Positions 55,815-64,000 of a stretch of DNA of 64,000 nt are shown piece after piece. The first letter of the stretch is position 1; every line of letters begins with the position of its first letter. The translations under genes and the position numbers were made by a program. This stretch comes from a virus (lineage: Duplodnaviria; Caudoviricetes). The notes under the pieces were generated by a model. The model made no database searches, was not told the origin of the DNA, and saw only the letters and a program-made list of their open reading frames with translations. The stretch spans positions 32,001-96,000 of IMG/VR virus record IMGVR_UViG_2563367078_000003, one strand, 5' to 3'.

Positions 55815-56405
55815 CTAGGACAGGGTAAGTGTCGCAGCGAGCGACCAGATAGCCCCACTGGATTTCGTTCCGAGGCTTTGGATCTTGTGATTCAGCAATA
55901 CCGGCGAGGTGCCGACAGAGGCGAGAGTCGTTCCAGCGGTGATAGTTCCGGACGCGACCGCCCAGCCCCATTCCTGCCAGGCGAAGTTCGCATTGCCCGA
56001 CTGGTACGTACACGTGATATTGATCGTGCCGTTGGACTGCGTCGGAGAACCTGAGTCGGCTTGCTGGTAATACGCATTCGCCGTACCGTCCGCGCCGAGC
56101 GCAGTATCACCAATCACCGCAGTGGTCGTGGAGTTACCAACGCCGACAACCGCATCCGCGTGAGCCAGTGGGGTTCCGCCGCCACCGATGATCAGATTGG
56201 TGATTCGGTTAAGGCCGACCGTGGTCAACAGGTTGCCGGGAACGTCGACAATGTCGTCCGGGACCAGCAGCCCGATAGATTCCAGATGCCGGAGGTGATA
56301 TCCGGTGGGCTCGTGCCCGAACTGGTTTGTCAGTCGCTCGACGGTCTCAGGCTCGTACTTGATGACCTTCGCCGTCATATTCCATTTGATGCCGTCGCCA
56401 GCCAT
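55815..56405 (-). CDS. virion-type protein (resembles tail-fibre N-terminal/baseplate domains)
   Basis: NLLTTVGL...VGVG...ANFAWQEWG...LLNHK..SLGTK.SG..W. Confidence 0.7.
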   Translation of the reverse strand: MAGDGIKWNMTAKVIKYEPETVERLTNQFGHEPTGYHLRHLESIGLLVPDDIVDVPGNLLTTVGLNRITNLIIGGGGTPLAHADAVVGVGNSTTTAVIGDTALGADGTANAYYQQADSGSPTQSNGTINITCTYQSGNANFAWQEWGWAVASGTITAGTTLASVGTSPVLLNHKIQSLGTKSSGAIWSLAATLTLS

Positions 56406-56462
56406 GATGGACGTCCTCTATGAAGTTCTTGAATGCAGGCATTAGTACGTCTGCATGAGTGA

Positions 56463-56756
56463 TCACTGGTTTTCGATGATGATCCGAATGGATCTGGCCC
56501 TCGTCCGGCCGCCGACAGTCACGATGGTGTTGGTGACCGTGTAATAGTTCGGGATGCTGCCGCCGGAGACCCAGACGACGCAAAAAGTAGGGTTCGGCGG
56601 CGATGCGCTCAGGCCGAGGTCGCTGGGCGAGGATGTGACAGCCATTGTCGACGACGCGATCGTGTCATTGATAGGCGCGAGCCACTGCGACCAGTCGAAC
56701 AGGTAATCCAGGACGTCGCCGGGGTTTTTCCTAAATTCGTCGGCTATCGGACTCAC
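56463..56756 (-). CDS. phage fibre-tail adaptor-like protein
   Basis: KNPGDVLDY.FDWS.WL...VWVSGG...Y.VTN.I.T.GGRT. Confidence 0.65.
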   Translation of the reverse strand: MSPIADEFRKNPGDVLDYLFDWSQWLAPINDTIASSTMAVTSSPSDLGLSASPPNPTFCVVWVSGGSIPNYYTVTNTIVTVGGRTRARSIRIIIENQ

Positions 56757-56777
56757 CCCTGGCGTTTTCAGGTCAAA

Positions 56778-57056
56778 TCAGCCCCATTTGCGGGAAATAT
56801 TGACGTTTTGTTCGTAGTGTCCGCCGCGCTTTTCATTGCAGTCGCGATGCGCTGGTCGAATATTGGATGGGTCGTAGATGCGATGTGGCGCGAGATGGCG
56901 CGGCTGCACATGATCGGCGGTCCAGCCCCACTTGGCAGTTCCAGGCAGCGACAGATCTATCTCCGCGCCGCAGATGTGACACACCGGAGCCAGAGTCGCT
57001 TTCAGGCGTCTACACAGATTTTTCCACTCGGCGGTCTTCAGCTCCGGTGCGGACAT
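56778..57056 (-). CDS. packaging-associated HNH endonuclease
   Basis: CHICG..ID...TADHVQP...N.RPAHRDCN.KRG; near the genome end. Confidence 0.85.
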   Translation of the reverse strand: MSAPELKTAEWKNLCRRLKATLAPVCHICGAEIDLSLPGTAKWGWTADHVQPRHLAPHRIYDPSNIRPAHRDCNEKRGGHYEQNVNISRKWG

Positions 57057-57168
57057 TCAGATCAGATCCAACCCTGCGCGAACGCGTAATCGACGATGTT
57101 CTCGACGAGAGTCCAAGCGCCATGCAGAGCGCCCAAAAGATAAACCACGGTAGTCACCTCCATTTCCG

Positions 57169-57807
57169 TTACTGAAAAACCACTCCGGATGCGGTGGTCG
57201 AATAATCGGCTGCCGAAAAGTCGTAGTCGGTGTGCGCACCGAGGAAGTAACCAATCGGGCCAGCGACGGCGTTGCAGACACCATCGGCCGCGTGACACAC
57301 CTCGAGGACCGGCACCGAACCGAAGTCGGCGTCAGCGCCGGAGTAGTCGGGGTACGGCAGCCACTCCATCGGCGCGACAGCCATGAAGCCGGGTCCGCCG
57401 GGGCCAGCGACGCGCTTCGGATCCGCGAGGAGGACAGCGTTGAGATTGGAGGCCGATTTGTGCTCGCTGACCCAGACGTGGACGACCGCAGCGCCGCCGG
57501 AGTGACCCAGGAGCAGGATGTGGTCGGCCGGGCACTGAGCGCGGTGATCGTCGACAAGCCGGTTCAGCTCGTGCACGCCAGCCGGGAGATCGATCGAGTT
57601 GTAGCCGACGCGCTGATCGACCTGCAGATAGTCGGAGTCCTCAGCCGTGAATGCCAGCGGCCAGCCGAAGTTGACCCGAAGGCCGCCGACTCCGATCGAC
57701 CACACGCCGGTACAGACATCGGCATACGCGGGAGCGGGGATGAAAGGAAGAATGCCGCCGATCGCCAAAACCGCAGCGAAGAACAGGCTCAGACATTTGC
57801 GGACCAC
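57169..57807 (-). CDS. secreted cutinase-like alpha/beta hydrolase
   Basis: signal peptide, CP...LLGHSGGA, LLADP, CHAADGVC, H. Confidence 0.8.
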   Translation of the reverse strand: MVRKCLSLFFAAVLAIGGILPFIPAPAYADVCTGVWSIGVGGLRVNFGWPLAFTAEDSDYLQVDQRVGYNSIDLPAGVHELNRLVDDHRAQCPADHILLLGHSGGAAVVHVWVSEHKSASNLNAVLLADPKRVAGPGGPGFMAVAPMEWLPYPDYSGADADFGSVPVLEVCHAADGVCNAVAGPIGYFLGAHTDYDFSAADYSTTASGVVFQ

Positions 57808-58339
57808 GGGCGGCAGCTCTCTCGGAATGGAGTAAGAGAAAGCCCCTCGCGCTGAATCAGCTCAGCCGCCACACCACCAAATCAATAACTGCGGGGCGAT
57901 ATCGAGCGCGAGGGGCATGGTCACCCGGAGTGGAGAAGGCAGCCTTCAGATCGGCGCAACTCAACGGGTGGCACAAAAAATGCCCCGGCGATTTGCCTGA
58001 CCTTTTCGGGCCGGTAGGGATCGTTCCGGGGCTTTGCATTGAATTCGGCGGATGTGGGCATTGAACCGCCTAACGCAAGTTTACCACGACGTGTCAGGTA
58101 TTCGCATTCAGGTCTATTTCCAAAGCCATTTCCGGCGACATTTACGCGGCGGCTCGAGCGAGAAGGCGGCGGTCCAGGCGCTGGGATGGCGAGGCCGAGG
58201 ACGTCGAATTTGCGCTGATCATGATATTCGTGTACAAGCGGCTCCTGTTCACGGCGAGCGTGGGGATGGCCGGTTTTGCCGTCACTCTAGTTACCACACG
58301 GCTATCCACTTTTTGAACGGCTGCGTGATATCGCTTCGC

Positions 58340-58900
58340 CCCGAAATTAGATACCCCAGGGGGGTACACGGAATTCCTGCTCGAAATTCGGGGAAAAATC
58401 GTTCTGGCCTGGTCCTCGGAAAGTCATAACCGCAGGTCAGGGCATTTTTTCACTAGAGAGAGAAGCGGCTCGGGGGCCGTCCCGTATACCCTCCCCGCCG
58501 CCTGGTCGCACCCCCTCCCCCCTATGCCTGGCGTCTCACATTGTGGGATGGGGTCTCGGATGCTGGGATCGCTGGCTACCGACGGGCATCTAGGGGACCT
58601 GGAAGCGGGGGCCCTGCCCGAGATCGGCTGTAGGGACTCGAGCCGATCTTGGTAGGGCCCGGCCTATCGGCGTGTCGCGGCGTGTCGTAGTGAGGTATCT
58701 CTCATTGACAGGTGGGGATGCATGCTGTATTCACGCGCGGTTCCTATCCATCTCCGGACTGCCACGCTGGCACCGAAAACATACTCTGACCTGCGGTTAT
58801 GCCATGCGTAGCCGTGGGGCGGTGCCTCTGACCTGCGCATTTGCACGTGGACACATTGCGTGTACCTTGGACACCAACGGACACCCAACGCACCACTGTG
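58340..58900. other. probable genome end / cos region
   Basis: non-coding, divergent gene orientation, G/C runs (CCCCAGGGGGGT, CCCCCTCCCCCC), 16-bp inverted repeat 58425-58440/58786-58801; upstream of the HNH and terminase genes. Confidence 0.5.
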
Positions 58901-58911
58901 AGGATTGAGTC

Positions 58912-59883
58912 ATGACTACCAACACCAATGCCAACGCCAACACCAATGCCAATGCCGATGCCGATGCCGATGCCGATGCCGATGCTGTGCGTACTGCCTT
59001 GCTGGCGAGCGACACCGGCATCACCGTAAGTGACCTTGTCGCCGCTACGGGCGGAACTACGGCCACCGTGCGCAAGGTGCTGGCTGGCCTCGAGTCGGAC
59101 GGGCTGGCACAGCGTGAGCGCGTCGGGCGTAGCGACCGCTGGTCTGCCGTTGCCGAGTCTGCCGAGGTTGTGACCGAACGGGGCATGACTCATGCCGGAC
59201 TGGACGTGGCGGGTACCGGTATCCGTCTGGTGGAAGACACGCCGGGCGTGTGGATTGCTCTTAAGGGTGGCAACGCACATCGGCCGGGGCTTGCCGCGCG
59301 TGTCGGTACTGTCATGGTGATCAGCGAGGGCAAGTTGCTCGCGATCGGCGAAGGCATGCAAACTGAATACGTCGAATCGCTCGAGGCGGGGGGTCGGTTC
59401 ATCGCTGGCACGGTCAAGGTGCGCAAGTCGACTAAATCCGCGCTGGCACAAGTGAAGCTCGATATCAAGGACAGCGCTCGCGCCCGTAACACCTTGCTCG
59501 CGCGCAAGAACGGACTCAACAAAGCCGCGTACGCGACCCTTGCCGCGCGTATCGAGACTCTTTCCGAGCGCGTGACGGTTGCGAGCGACAAGCATGCAGA
59601 GAAGGGCTTGCGTGCCACCGACGCGCGTCTGTTCACGGCTGGTCAGTCTCTCGAGGAGTCTCAGGCGCGCCAGACGCTCGCTGTTAATCAGTTGGCAGAG
59701 GTGAACCGTCGGTTGCGCCTCGAAATCGACAACCTCCGTGCATTGCGCGACAAGGCGCTCGGTATGGGCGTTCCGCAGTCCGAGGTTGACCAGCTGGTCG
59801 CGTCCGTGAAGCGCTCGGGTGATCCCGTAGCGGAAGCTGCGCAGATTGCCGAGATGTTCGCTGGTCCCGAACCTGCCGAGTGA
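58912..59883 (+). CDS. winged-helix plus coiled-coil protein
   Basis: ITVSDLVAATGGTTATVRKVLAGLESDG; long coiled coil. Confidence 0.75.
   Translation: MTTNTNANANTNANADADADADADAVRTALLASDTGITVSDLVAATGGTTATVRKVLAGLESDGLAQRERVGRSDRWSAVAESAEVVTERGMTHAGLDVAGTGIRLVEDTPGVWIALKGGNAHRPGLAARVGTVMVISEGKLLAIGEGMQTEYVESLEAGGRFIAGTVKVRKSTKSALAQVKLDIKDSARARNTLLARKNGLNKAAYATLAARIETLSERVTVASDKHAEKGLRATDARLFTAGQSLEESQARQTLAVNQLAEVNRRLRLEIDNLRALRDKALGMGVPQSEVDQLVASVKRSGDPVAEAAQIAEMFAGPEPAE
58919..58986 (+). repeat. in-frame hexamer microsatellite (GCCAAT/GCCGAT)n
   Basis: encodes NTNANANTNANADADADADAD. Confidence 0.85.
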
Positions 59884-59889
59884 ATGCCT

Positions 59890-60715
59890 CGAGCCTAGCG
59901 GGCCCAACGTCACAGTGACGCAATCACCCGCTAGGTTCACATAGGCTTACCGCGTAATCGGTCGGTCTATGTGAGCCAGACGGCTCGAAACGGTCCCCAG
60001 TGTCACGCCCTAACAAGCGGACGCGCAACGGGATCACAGCAGGAAAACAGCGCGACGCCCTAAAAAGCGCGCGGACGGTCGGCCCGGACCGCAACCGGTG
60101 TCCACATGATTTGTTCTCAATTCCATAGCGTGAGGCAAGAACGGCGAGCGGGTAGCGTTGTATCATCCCGTAATCGCGCGTCTGATCAGTAGATACCGGC
60201 GTCGGTGCGTATTGGCCTGGTCCGCATGTGAGCGCTTAGGAGGCTCGCGGATACCGCAATGACAAGCCAACGTGCCCGGTCTGTCGATATCGGTAGCGGC
60301 GCACAGATGTTTTGTGCGATTGGCTTCGCGCCCTGGTAACCGTTCTTGTCGACACATATCCACGCCGCAATATCTCTGCGCGCAGGCTGGCACATTGTAG
60401 GGTGTCCGCCTGCGCGTTCGCGGTATTGCGTTGGCAGTGATGAGAGTTTCTACTGTCCGGCAGTGCTGTCTGTTCGATCTAGGATCACGGGCATTGCCGA
60501 AAAACCGGTAGGTCCCGATGACATGGAAACTCGGCGAAGGCTATGCGTTCGCGTTCTGTTGCATCCGCTTGTGTCGGTGCGAATGGTCGCGAAAAACGCT
60601 AAATGTCTGGATTCATTCGATGAAATTGAATCGGTTAGATAGGCCATAGCTGTGCGCATTCGTGCGTGCGGTCATGGCCGACTAGTCGACTTAATCAGTT
60701 GGCTGAAACGCGAGA
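59890..60715 (+). ncRNA. candidate ~830-nt large structured RNA
   Basis: ORF-poor; nested long-range stems 60013-60033/60554-60572, 60134-60144/60340-60350, 60366-60387/60408-60430; G-U pairs on the + strand. Confidence 0.65.
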
Positions 60716-60727
60716 AAGGGTGACTTC

Positions 60728-61054
60728 ATGCATGACAGATTCGATGCCGAGAAAATGGCGGCGGATATGTTAGAGGAGGCACAAGAGCGCACGGCAGGAC
60801 TTCAATGGTCTGTCGAAATACAGGAATTCACAACTGAGCGCGAGTTTGGCAAAAAGCGCATCTATCGAGCCGAAATGGACGATTGCTTTCGGCTGTTCGA
60901 CGAATACCGCGCACTGTTGATCGCTACCGGCGCGCGGCAGACGTGCGGCAACGGTTGGTATTACAGCCTTGAATTGCCCAACAATAGAGCGTGTGTCGTA
61001 ACGCTGTTCGCAGGCGACAAAATGTATACCGGCATTCGCCTGAGCGGCGAGTAA
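60728..61054 (+). CDS. hypothetical protein
   Basis: RBS AAAGGG, 108 aa. Confidence 0.7.
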   Translation: MHDRFDAEKMAADMLEEAQERTAGLQWSVEIQEFTTEREFGKKRIYRAEMDDCFRLFDEYRALLIATGARQTCGNGWYYSLELPNNRACVVTLFAGDKMYTGIRLSGE

Positions 61055-61072
61055 ACAAAAGGAGACGCAACA

Positions 61073-61255
61073 ATGTCGAAATTCATTAGAGGTAATACGG
61101 TTACCGTCAATGGACGCGAAGCGAAGGTCCTCGGAGTTATCACCGAAACTACCCTCAAAATTAGGTTCGAGGGTGAATATCACGCGGACATCGTTTCCGT
61201 TGATGACATTTCCGGCAACGCGATTGGCTTCGACTTCAAGACGTACATGTCCTGA
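61073..61255 (+). CDS. small SH3-like hypothetical protein
   Basis: RBS AAGGAG; beta-strand pattern. Confidence 0.7.
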   Translation: MSKFIRGNTVTVNGREAKVLGVITETTLKIRFEGEYHADIVSVDDISGNAIGFDFKTYMS

Positions 61256-61345
61256 TGCTGTAGCGGAGATAGCGGGGTGCGATGTTGTTTGTCGCACCTC
61301 AGCTACCGCGCTATATCGGCGTGGCATCGAGAGGGGAAATTGAAA

Positions 61346-61585
61346 ATGACTGTCTCACCATGGCAGGATGACCGTCCGCCGAATTATCGCGGGCGCGTAG
61401 CGGATTGCAGCTGGGCGCTGGCGAGCGGACCGGACTCGAGATGGACTGCCAGGGAGTTCCTGAGAGGCAACCCGTTCGAACTGTGCCTGATCGTCCGAGT
61501 GTTCGGGCGGGAGTATTACACGACAACCACGAACGACCTGTTCGACCGGTTGGTGGATCCGGAGATCGTGGCGGTGCTGCTGTGA
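61346..61585 (+). CDS. hypothetical protein
   Basis: RBS GAGGGG. Confidence 0.6.
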   Translation: MTVSPWQDDRPPNYRGRVADCSWALASGPDSRWTAREFLRGNPFELCLIVRVFGREYYTTTTNDLFDRLVDPEIVAVLL

Positions 61586-61875
61586 CGCTGTGGCTGTACA
61601 TCATCGATCCAACCAAGGCCACTGGGCACTACGGGGTGTATCCCGCTCCGCTCGCTCGCTGGCTGGTCCGCAAGGCGAATGAGTTGTGGGTTACGTACGC
61701 CGCCGCTCCGGATGTCTTTCACCGGCTGAGCTACGCCACACGTGAGGACACGTTTCCGACCAGGTAGCACCAAGAGTCCCGTTCGCCTACTCGAGGCGGC
61801 ATAGAGACGAGATTCGAACCGTCACGGGACGCTATGCCCACGTCGGGCAGAAACACAACAGCGGGAGCAGGGGAA

Positions 61876-62559
61876 ATGGAAATTGGTACCGAAACGCGAA
61901 CTATCGAATTCGAGTCGTCGTGGGATTATGACAGGGGCCGGACAACCAAGCCTTTCGATTTGATGCAAGCCTACTTCGAGCTGCACTACCGGGAGATTGC
62001 CGCGCACGTCAACAGCTCGATCAGCAACGGGAGGTCTGACGTTTACTCCGCGTCTGAATGGCTGCTCAAATCTCTGGCTGCGGAGGCGTTCCCCGACCTG
62101 GACTCGACGGCCGTCTATGATGCGATGATCGACGCGGGAGAGTGCAGTATGGGGGTTGTGAGCCACCTGCGAGCGGATAAAGCGTCACAGTACGGAACGA
62201 TCGCAACCCAGTATTGCCCATACTGCGGCGAGGGCGTGTCGGTTGTCGAGGCTGTCGGCGGGGGGCACCACTGGACCTGCCCCAAGGGTCACGCGGACAC
62301 CGTCTATCTGGTCGAGCGCAACCTCATCGGCGGAATCACCCTCGCCGACGAACTCGACATCGAACCGGATGATGGAGATCATGACCTGCCGTACGTCGTG
62401 AGCTTGAACGGCGACATCCTGGGGCAGATCGACTCGGTTGACGGCGAGAAGATCGGCGTATGGATGTACGGCAACGATGACCTCCCGATCGATATCGGCC
62501 AGTACGAAACCTGCCTTGCCGCGATTCAAGCGCTCGCCGACAAGTACGACAACCAGTAG
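61876..62559 (+). CDS. hypothetical protein with zinc ribbon
   Basis: CPYCG...WTCPKGH. Confidence 0.7.
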   Translation: MEIGTETRTIEFESSWDYDRGRTTKPFDLMQAYFELHYREIAAHVNSSISNGRSDVYSASEWLLKSLAAEAFPDLDSTAVYDAMIDAGECSMGVVSHLRADKASQYGTIATQYCPYCGEGVSVVEAVGGGHHWTCPKGHADTVYLVERNLIGGITLADELDIEPDDGDHDLPYVVSLNGDILGQIDSVDGEKIGVWMYGNDDLPIDIGQYETCLAAIQALADKYDNQ

Positions 62560-62569
62560 GGGTGAGCAA

Positions 62570-62908
62570 ATGATATCGACACAGTTTCTCGGCTGGCTTC
62601 CAACTCATGCAGATTGGTTCTGCGAGTCGTTCTATTACGACATGGTCGACCAGATGAACGCCGAGGCCGTTATGGCGGACTGTGCATTCGTCAGGTATAC
62701 AGCCACACCGCAATACCCACCGTGCGAGGAGATTCCAGAAGTGCCTGCTACGCCGATCGTCAAGTACCGGGCCGCCAACGGTCACACGATGGAATACTGG
62801 GCAGATGAGGATAACCCGCGTATGCCAGCACGAGGGGCGGCGTGGCAGGCGTGGTGCGCGGATGATTGTCCGGCCTGCGCGAACGGCGAACCGCTTCCGG
62901 ATTGGTGA
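62570..62908 (+). CDS. hypothetical protein
   Basis: C-terminal CADDCPAC. Confidence 0.65.
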   Translation: MISTQFLGWLPTHADWFCESFYYDMVDQMNAEAVMADCAFVRYTATPQYPPCEEIPEVPATPIVKYRAANGHTMEYWADEDNPRMPARGAAWQAWCADDCPACANGEPLPDW

Positions 62909-62963
62909 TAGCGGGTACCAAGAATTGACCGACCGATGCGACAGCGAATAGGAGAGTACGCAA

Positions 62964-63182
62964 ATGGCAGAGATCGACTACGAGGGAACCGATAACCCGG
63001 AGGCAATCCTGGTGGATGACATGGGCATCATTCGCACCCTCGAAGCGCAATTGTCCAAGGTGAATATCATCAATGATGGAGAACTCTGGATCACGGCATA
63101 CATTAGCGGCATGGAATGCGAGATCTCTATCAAGGGCAAGGATGTTCTCATGCAAATCATCAGGGCAATCAACAATCCCTAG
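62964..63182 (+). CDS. hypothetical protein
   Basis: RBS AGGAG. Confidence 0.65.
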   Translation: MAEIDYEGTDNPEAILVDDMGIIRTLEAQLSKVNIINDGELWITAYISGMECEISIKGKDVLMQIIRAINNP

Positions 63183-63195
63183 CGGAGGCGCAACA

Positions 63196-63441
63196 ATGGA
63201 ATATCCGGAAATCGACTACAGCGGTATCAGCATTCACGAACGGCAGGACGGGAGCTGGTACGTGCCATTCACAAACGGGCGCAGCGTATTCGTTGTTCCT
63301 GGCGAGGTTGACGGCGAATTGCAGCGATTCACAACCCAACTTGACGGCGTAGCGGTGCCTGCTGTCGTAGCCATATCGAAGGGCCCGTTGGATTACCGAG
63401 TAGCCGAAGCGGCGAAGTCTCGGATCATCTCCGGCCATTAG
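63196..63441 (+). CDS. hypothetical protein
   Basis: RBS GGAGG. Confidence 0.65.
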   Translation: MEYPEIDYSGISIHERQDGSWYVPFTNGRSVFVVPGEVDGELQRFTTQLDGVAVPAVVAISKGPLDYRVAEAAKSRIISGH

Positions 63442-63450
63442 GGGTAAGTA

Positions 63451-63666
63451 ATGAAGATAACAACGATCAAGTCAAGAGCCGACTATCGGGCCGCAATCGA
63501 GGGAAAACGGTTCCATTTCGTGCGGGTTGACGATGCCGTATGGATCTACACGCCGACCGCAAACCTTGGCGGATACAATCTCGACCGCTTCGGGGGAACG
63601 CTCACGCCCGCAAGTATCCGGAAATTTATGGATACATTTCTCTCGCCGGAGAGTGGCGGGAAATAA
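63451..63666 (+). CDS. hypothetical protein
   Basis: ORF in the operon. Confidence 0.65.
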   Translation: MKITTIKSRADYRAAIEGKRFHFVRVDDAVWIYTPTANLGGYNLDRFGGTLTPASIRKFMDTFLSPESGGK

Positions 63667-63669
63667 CAC

Positions 63670-63744
63670 CATAGCCCTTGCATTGGCGTACATCTCGCAG
63701 CCAGCGGGAGCGTATACCGGTTCGACTCCGGTCCGGGCACTATG
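63670..63744 (+). ncRNA. tRNA-like element with a canonical T-arm but no full cloverleaf
   Basis: ACCGG-TTCGACT-CCGGT; closing stem CATAG-CCC/GGG-CTATG. Confidence 0.45.
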
Positions 63745-63785
63745 CCGCACACGCGGCAGAAATCTCGACAACAAAGGGATAGATC

Positions 63786-64000
63786 ATGACAACGACCGAA
63801 TTCCACTTGTGCAGCGACTGCGCGAAAGAAAGGACCGAAGGCGTCGACAGTCCGGCGCGCAGCCCCGAGAACTTCAGCACCGAGAATGAATGGCTCGAAA
63901 ACGTGGCGTCGCGGGATGCGAGTATCGAAGTGATGGGGGACGCTGCGCACGCCGGTACACGCGACATCGGCTGCTTCACGTGTTTTGTATGCGACGACAT
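63786..64000 (+). CDS. partial hypothetical protein (Cys-rich)
   Basis: MTTTEFHLCSDC..., runs off the window. Confidence 0.55.
   Translation, partial: MTTTEFHLCSDCAKERTEGVDSPARSPENFSTENEWLENVASRDASIEVMGDAAHAGTRDIGCFTCFVCDD

Noticed and set aside
55088-55858. Short ORFs in the 55.1-55.8 kb gap; tmRNA, RNase P or group II intron identity
   Set aside because: ORFs lack RBSs and protein-like composition; no tmRNA termini, no GAGGAAAGUCC, no domain V motif recognised.
59924-60659. Short ORFs and a hammerhead-like CCGATGA...GAAAC near 60515-60530
   Set aside because: ORFs unconvincing; hammerhead core is imperfect and lacks stem II.
63670-63744. Canonical tRNA gene
   Set aside because: T-arm present, but no proper 7-bp acceptor stem, D-arm or anticodon loop; kept only as tRNA-like.
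1-64000. Integrase, attP, DNA polymerase or reverse transcriptase
   Set aside because: No such motifs in this window; lifestyle is inferred only from the repressor/cro-like pair.

Overview
The window is 64 kb of a high-GC actinobacteriophage (siphovirus) genome, probably Nocardia-like; the host is inferred from the XRE-DUF5753/DUF397 pair, WhiB, the mycobacteriophage-type lysin and tail proteins, and Nocardia-style small proteins. Layout: 1-12.5 kb is a leftward early/middle operon of small genes (SSB, Cas4-like exonuclease, NTase-like gene followed by four tandem paralogs, orphan HicB domain, WhiB, cro-like HTH). 12.5-25 kb is a regulatory and accessory region (repressor-like HTH, XRE-DUF397 with four Cys/His paralogs, a lipoprotein, an immunity plus nuclease-toxin pair). 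25-57.8 kb is a leftward late operon (lysis, tail, tape measure, protease-capsid fusion, portal, terminase, HNHs). About 58.3-58.9 kb is the probable genome-end/cos region, and from 58.9 kb there are rightward small genes. No integrase, CRISPR array or canonical tRNA was seen. Most notable: (i) several long, ORF-poor, heavily base-paired segments that look like large structured ncRNAs (55.13-55.81 kb, apparently antisense to the late operon; 59.89-60.72 kb; 1.90-2.17 kb); (ii) a 72-nt hairpin insertion with an in-frame stop that splits a minor tail gene (bypass or mini-intron candidate); (iii) a Pol-beta-like nucleotidyltransferase translationally coupled to four divergent paralogs sharing a K-x-G-x-Y-x-S-Y-x-G motif. 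All family calls are from motif recognition by eye; no database search or folding program was run.
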